Part shown: piece by piece, positions 62,297-64,000 of the stretch
How the letters are laid out: every line of letters begins with the position of its first letter
Position numbering within the stretch: position 1 is the stretch's first letter
Source of the DNA: an uncultured archaeon
GTDB taxonomy: Archaea; Nanohalarchaeota; Nanosalinia; Nanosalinales; Nanosalinaceae
Reading direction: 5' to 3'
Length of the DNA: 64,000 nucleotides
NCBI GenBank assembly: GCA_964421955.1
Contig: CAYQYU010000001.1
Span: 32,001-96,000, forward strand
Translations under genes and position numbers: made by a program
The notes under the pieces: generated by a model
What the model was told of the DNA's origin: nothing
Database searches by the model: none
Seen by the model: only the letters and a program-made list of their open reading frames with translations

Positions 62297-62332
62297 AAAG
62301 TCTCACTTTGAGCGCAGGCGGGATTTAAATTT

Positions 62333-63505
62333 TTACGAGTATTTCTCCAGGGCTTCCAGAACGGGCAGTGGCTCCCCCGACATGTATCTGACGAATGCTC
62401 CTCCTGCTATCGAGACATGAGAGAAGTCGTCAAGACTGTGGTCGAAACGCTGTACCAGTGACGATGTATGGCCTCCACCCAGTACCGTGAAACTGTCGCT
62501 TGAGGCTATAGCATCTACTATTGCCCTAGTGCCCTCCGGGTAATCCTCGAAGGCTCCCATGGGGCCCTTCATAACTATTGAATCGGCTTCTCTCATCTCC
62601 TCCACAAATCTTTCCTGCGTCTTCTTCCCAATATCCCAGGTCATCTCGTCTTCCGGGACCTCTTCTACACTGTAGTTTCCAGAGTCGGTCCTGACGTCTT
62701 CCGGGAGGACAATCTTGTCACCGTGCTGCTCTATCAGCTCCATCAACTCTTTTTCGTTGCCGTCGAAGCCCTGTTCCTCTATCCACTCTGCCTTTTTCCC
62801 CAGATCATTCCCCTCAAGCTTCAGGGCCAGTTCTCCCGGTATTCCCCCGAGAAGCACTTTTTCCGCTCTATCAATCATCTGCTCCATCATGCCGATCAGA
62901 TCCGAAGGTTTCTCTCCGCCGAGGACAAGCAGCGGTGATTCCAGCTCGTCTCTTATCTTCCTGCAGCTCTCGGTCTCCCTTCGCAGAACAGGACCTGCAT
63001 AAGAGTCCAGCAGAGGGATAAAACCAACGAGAGAGCCATGTGACCGATGTGCTGCGGAGAAGGCATCGTTAACATAGATATCGAAGTAGGAGGACATGTT
63101 CTCGACAAAGTAGTCGTGGGAGTGCCTCTTTGCGCTCAGGGTCTGGAGCTCCTCCGAAAGAAAGCGGACGTTTTCGAGAAGCACCACCTCACCGTCTTCC
63201 ATCGACGCGACCGCTTCTCCCAGTTCCTGTCCAAAAAAGCACCTGACAAAGCCGATCGGTTGATCGAGTTCTTCCGACATCAGTTCGGCATGTCCCTCAA
63301 GCGACATGAAGTCCTTTCTCGCCGGCCTTCCCTGATGCGCAACCACTAGCGTCCGGGCGCCGCGGTCGCTCAGTTCCTCAATAGTTTCGAGGTAGCGCCT
63401 GAATCTCACTGTCTTCAGGGGAGCTCCGTTCTCAATCGGGAGATTCAGATCAGTCCGGAGCACCACTTTTTTTCCTGCTAGTTCTGTTCCGTTGAGCTTC
63501 TGCAT
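62333..63505 (-). CDS. pgk: Phosphoglycerate kinase
   Basis: LRTDLNLP, AHQGRP, LLENVRF, VNDAFSAAHRSH, GPMGAFE, GGGHT, HVSIAGGA. Confidence 0.96.
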   Translation of the reverse strand: MQKLNGTELAGKKVVLRTDLNLPIENGAPLKTVRFRRYLETIEELSDRGARTLVVAHQGRPARKDFMSLEGHAELMSEELDQPIGFVRCFFGQELGEAVASMEDGEVVLLENVRFLSEELQTLSAKRHSHDYFVENMSSYFDIYVNDAFSAAHRSHGSLVGFIPLLDSYAGPVLRRETESCRKIRDELESPLLVLGGEKPSDLIGMMEQMIDRAEKVLLGGIPGELALKLEGNDLGKKAEWIEEQGFDGNEKELMELIEQHGDKIVLPEDVRTDSGNYSVEEVPEDEMTWDIGKKTQERFVEEMREADSIVMKGPMGAFEDYPEGTRAIVDAIASSDSFTVLGGGHTSSLVQRFDHSLDDFSHVSIAGGAFVRYMSGEPLPVLEALEKYS

Positions 63506-63712
63506 CAGATCACCAAAAATTCTATATTACGAAGTAATACTTGCTCATTTTTAAGCTTTCCATAGAGACCGGGAAGCTATAAAAGAATGGTAAACTCGAC
63601 CTTATACTACGTGATTGACATGCCAACTAAGGGTGGACGTTTTGGATGTGCCTCGATCAACTGAAGTTCTAAACCCTCACTCTAGACCTACTTCTCCAGG
63701 GATGCACCAGAG

Positions 63713-64000
63713 ATGAGCGATAATACTGTAGGGAAACTGAAGGAGCTGGCGAAGCGGCGCGGGTTCTTCCTTCCCTCAAACGAAGTCTACGGGGGAACCG
63801 CAGGATTCTACACCTTTGGACCTAACGGTGCCGCTCTGAAGAGAAATATAGAGGACGCCTGGCGCGAGAGGTTCACCTATGGCGAGGGTCACCGCGAAAT
63901 CGAATCCCCCACCGTAATGCCCGAGGCAGTTTTCGAGGCCTCCGGACACCTTGAAGGCTTCGACGATATGATAATAGATTGCGAGGAGTGCCAGACCTCG
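63713..64000 (+). CDS. glyS: Glycine--tRNA ligase (alpha2 type), 5' part; runs off the window end
   Basis: Manual translation MSDNTVGKLKELAKRRGFFLPSNEVYGGTAGFYTFGPNGAALKRNIEDAWRERF…PEAVFEASGHLEGFDD. Confidence 0.93.
   Translation, partial: MSDNTVGKLKELAKRRGFFLPSNEVYGGTAGFYTFGPNGAALKRNIEDAWRERFTYGEGHREIESPTVMPEAVFEASGHLEGFDDMIIDCEECQTS

Noticed and set aside
63587-63664. 25-codon ORF between pgk and glyS
   Set aside because: Too short, atypical composition, lies in a divergent promoter region
1-64000. CRISPR array, transposase/integrase, prophage or diversity-generating retroelement
   Set aside because: No regularly spaced repeats, recombinase, reverse transcriptase or template/variable repeat pair recognised

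Overview
Archaeal genomic DNA with a strongly acidic proteome, TATA-box promoters (many genes apparently leaderless) and DPANN-type gene content, most consistent with a Nanohaloarchaeota chromosome (inference). The flanks are housekeeping genes: ppsA, minD, truD, pth2, intron-containing tRNA-Val(TAC), a HerA-like ATPase, ndk, pheS/pheT, trpS, pgk and partial glyS. The centre (about 4.2-44.8 kb) is one ~40 kb cell-surface locus. It holds two paralogous secreted ~350-aa proteins, two giant secreted lectin/adhesin proteins (6287 and 1694 aa) and a 149-aa protein. By eye these five share a pilin-like beta-sandwich motif set, which is C-terminal in the giants. The locus also encodes a DUF916/WxLIP-like membrane-anchored protein, four other membrane-anchored Ig-like proteins, a MoxR-DUF58-vWA chaperone cassette, an HExxH membrane protease and a small wHTH regulator. 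My main hypothesis is a non-type-IV, donor-strand-type fimbrial/adhesin assembly system in a DPANN archaeon. Other notable signals are nested domain insertions in the giant protein, a probable ATT start codon for pheT, a 72-nt tRNA-Val intron, a structured intergenic RNA candidate and a ppsA-wHTH fusion. All family calls come from motif recognition by eye; no database searches were run.
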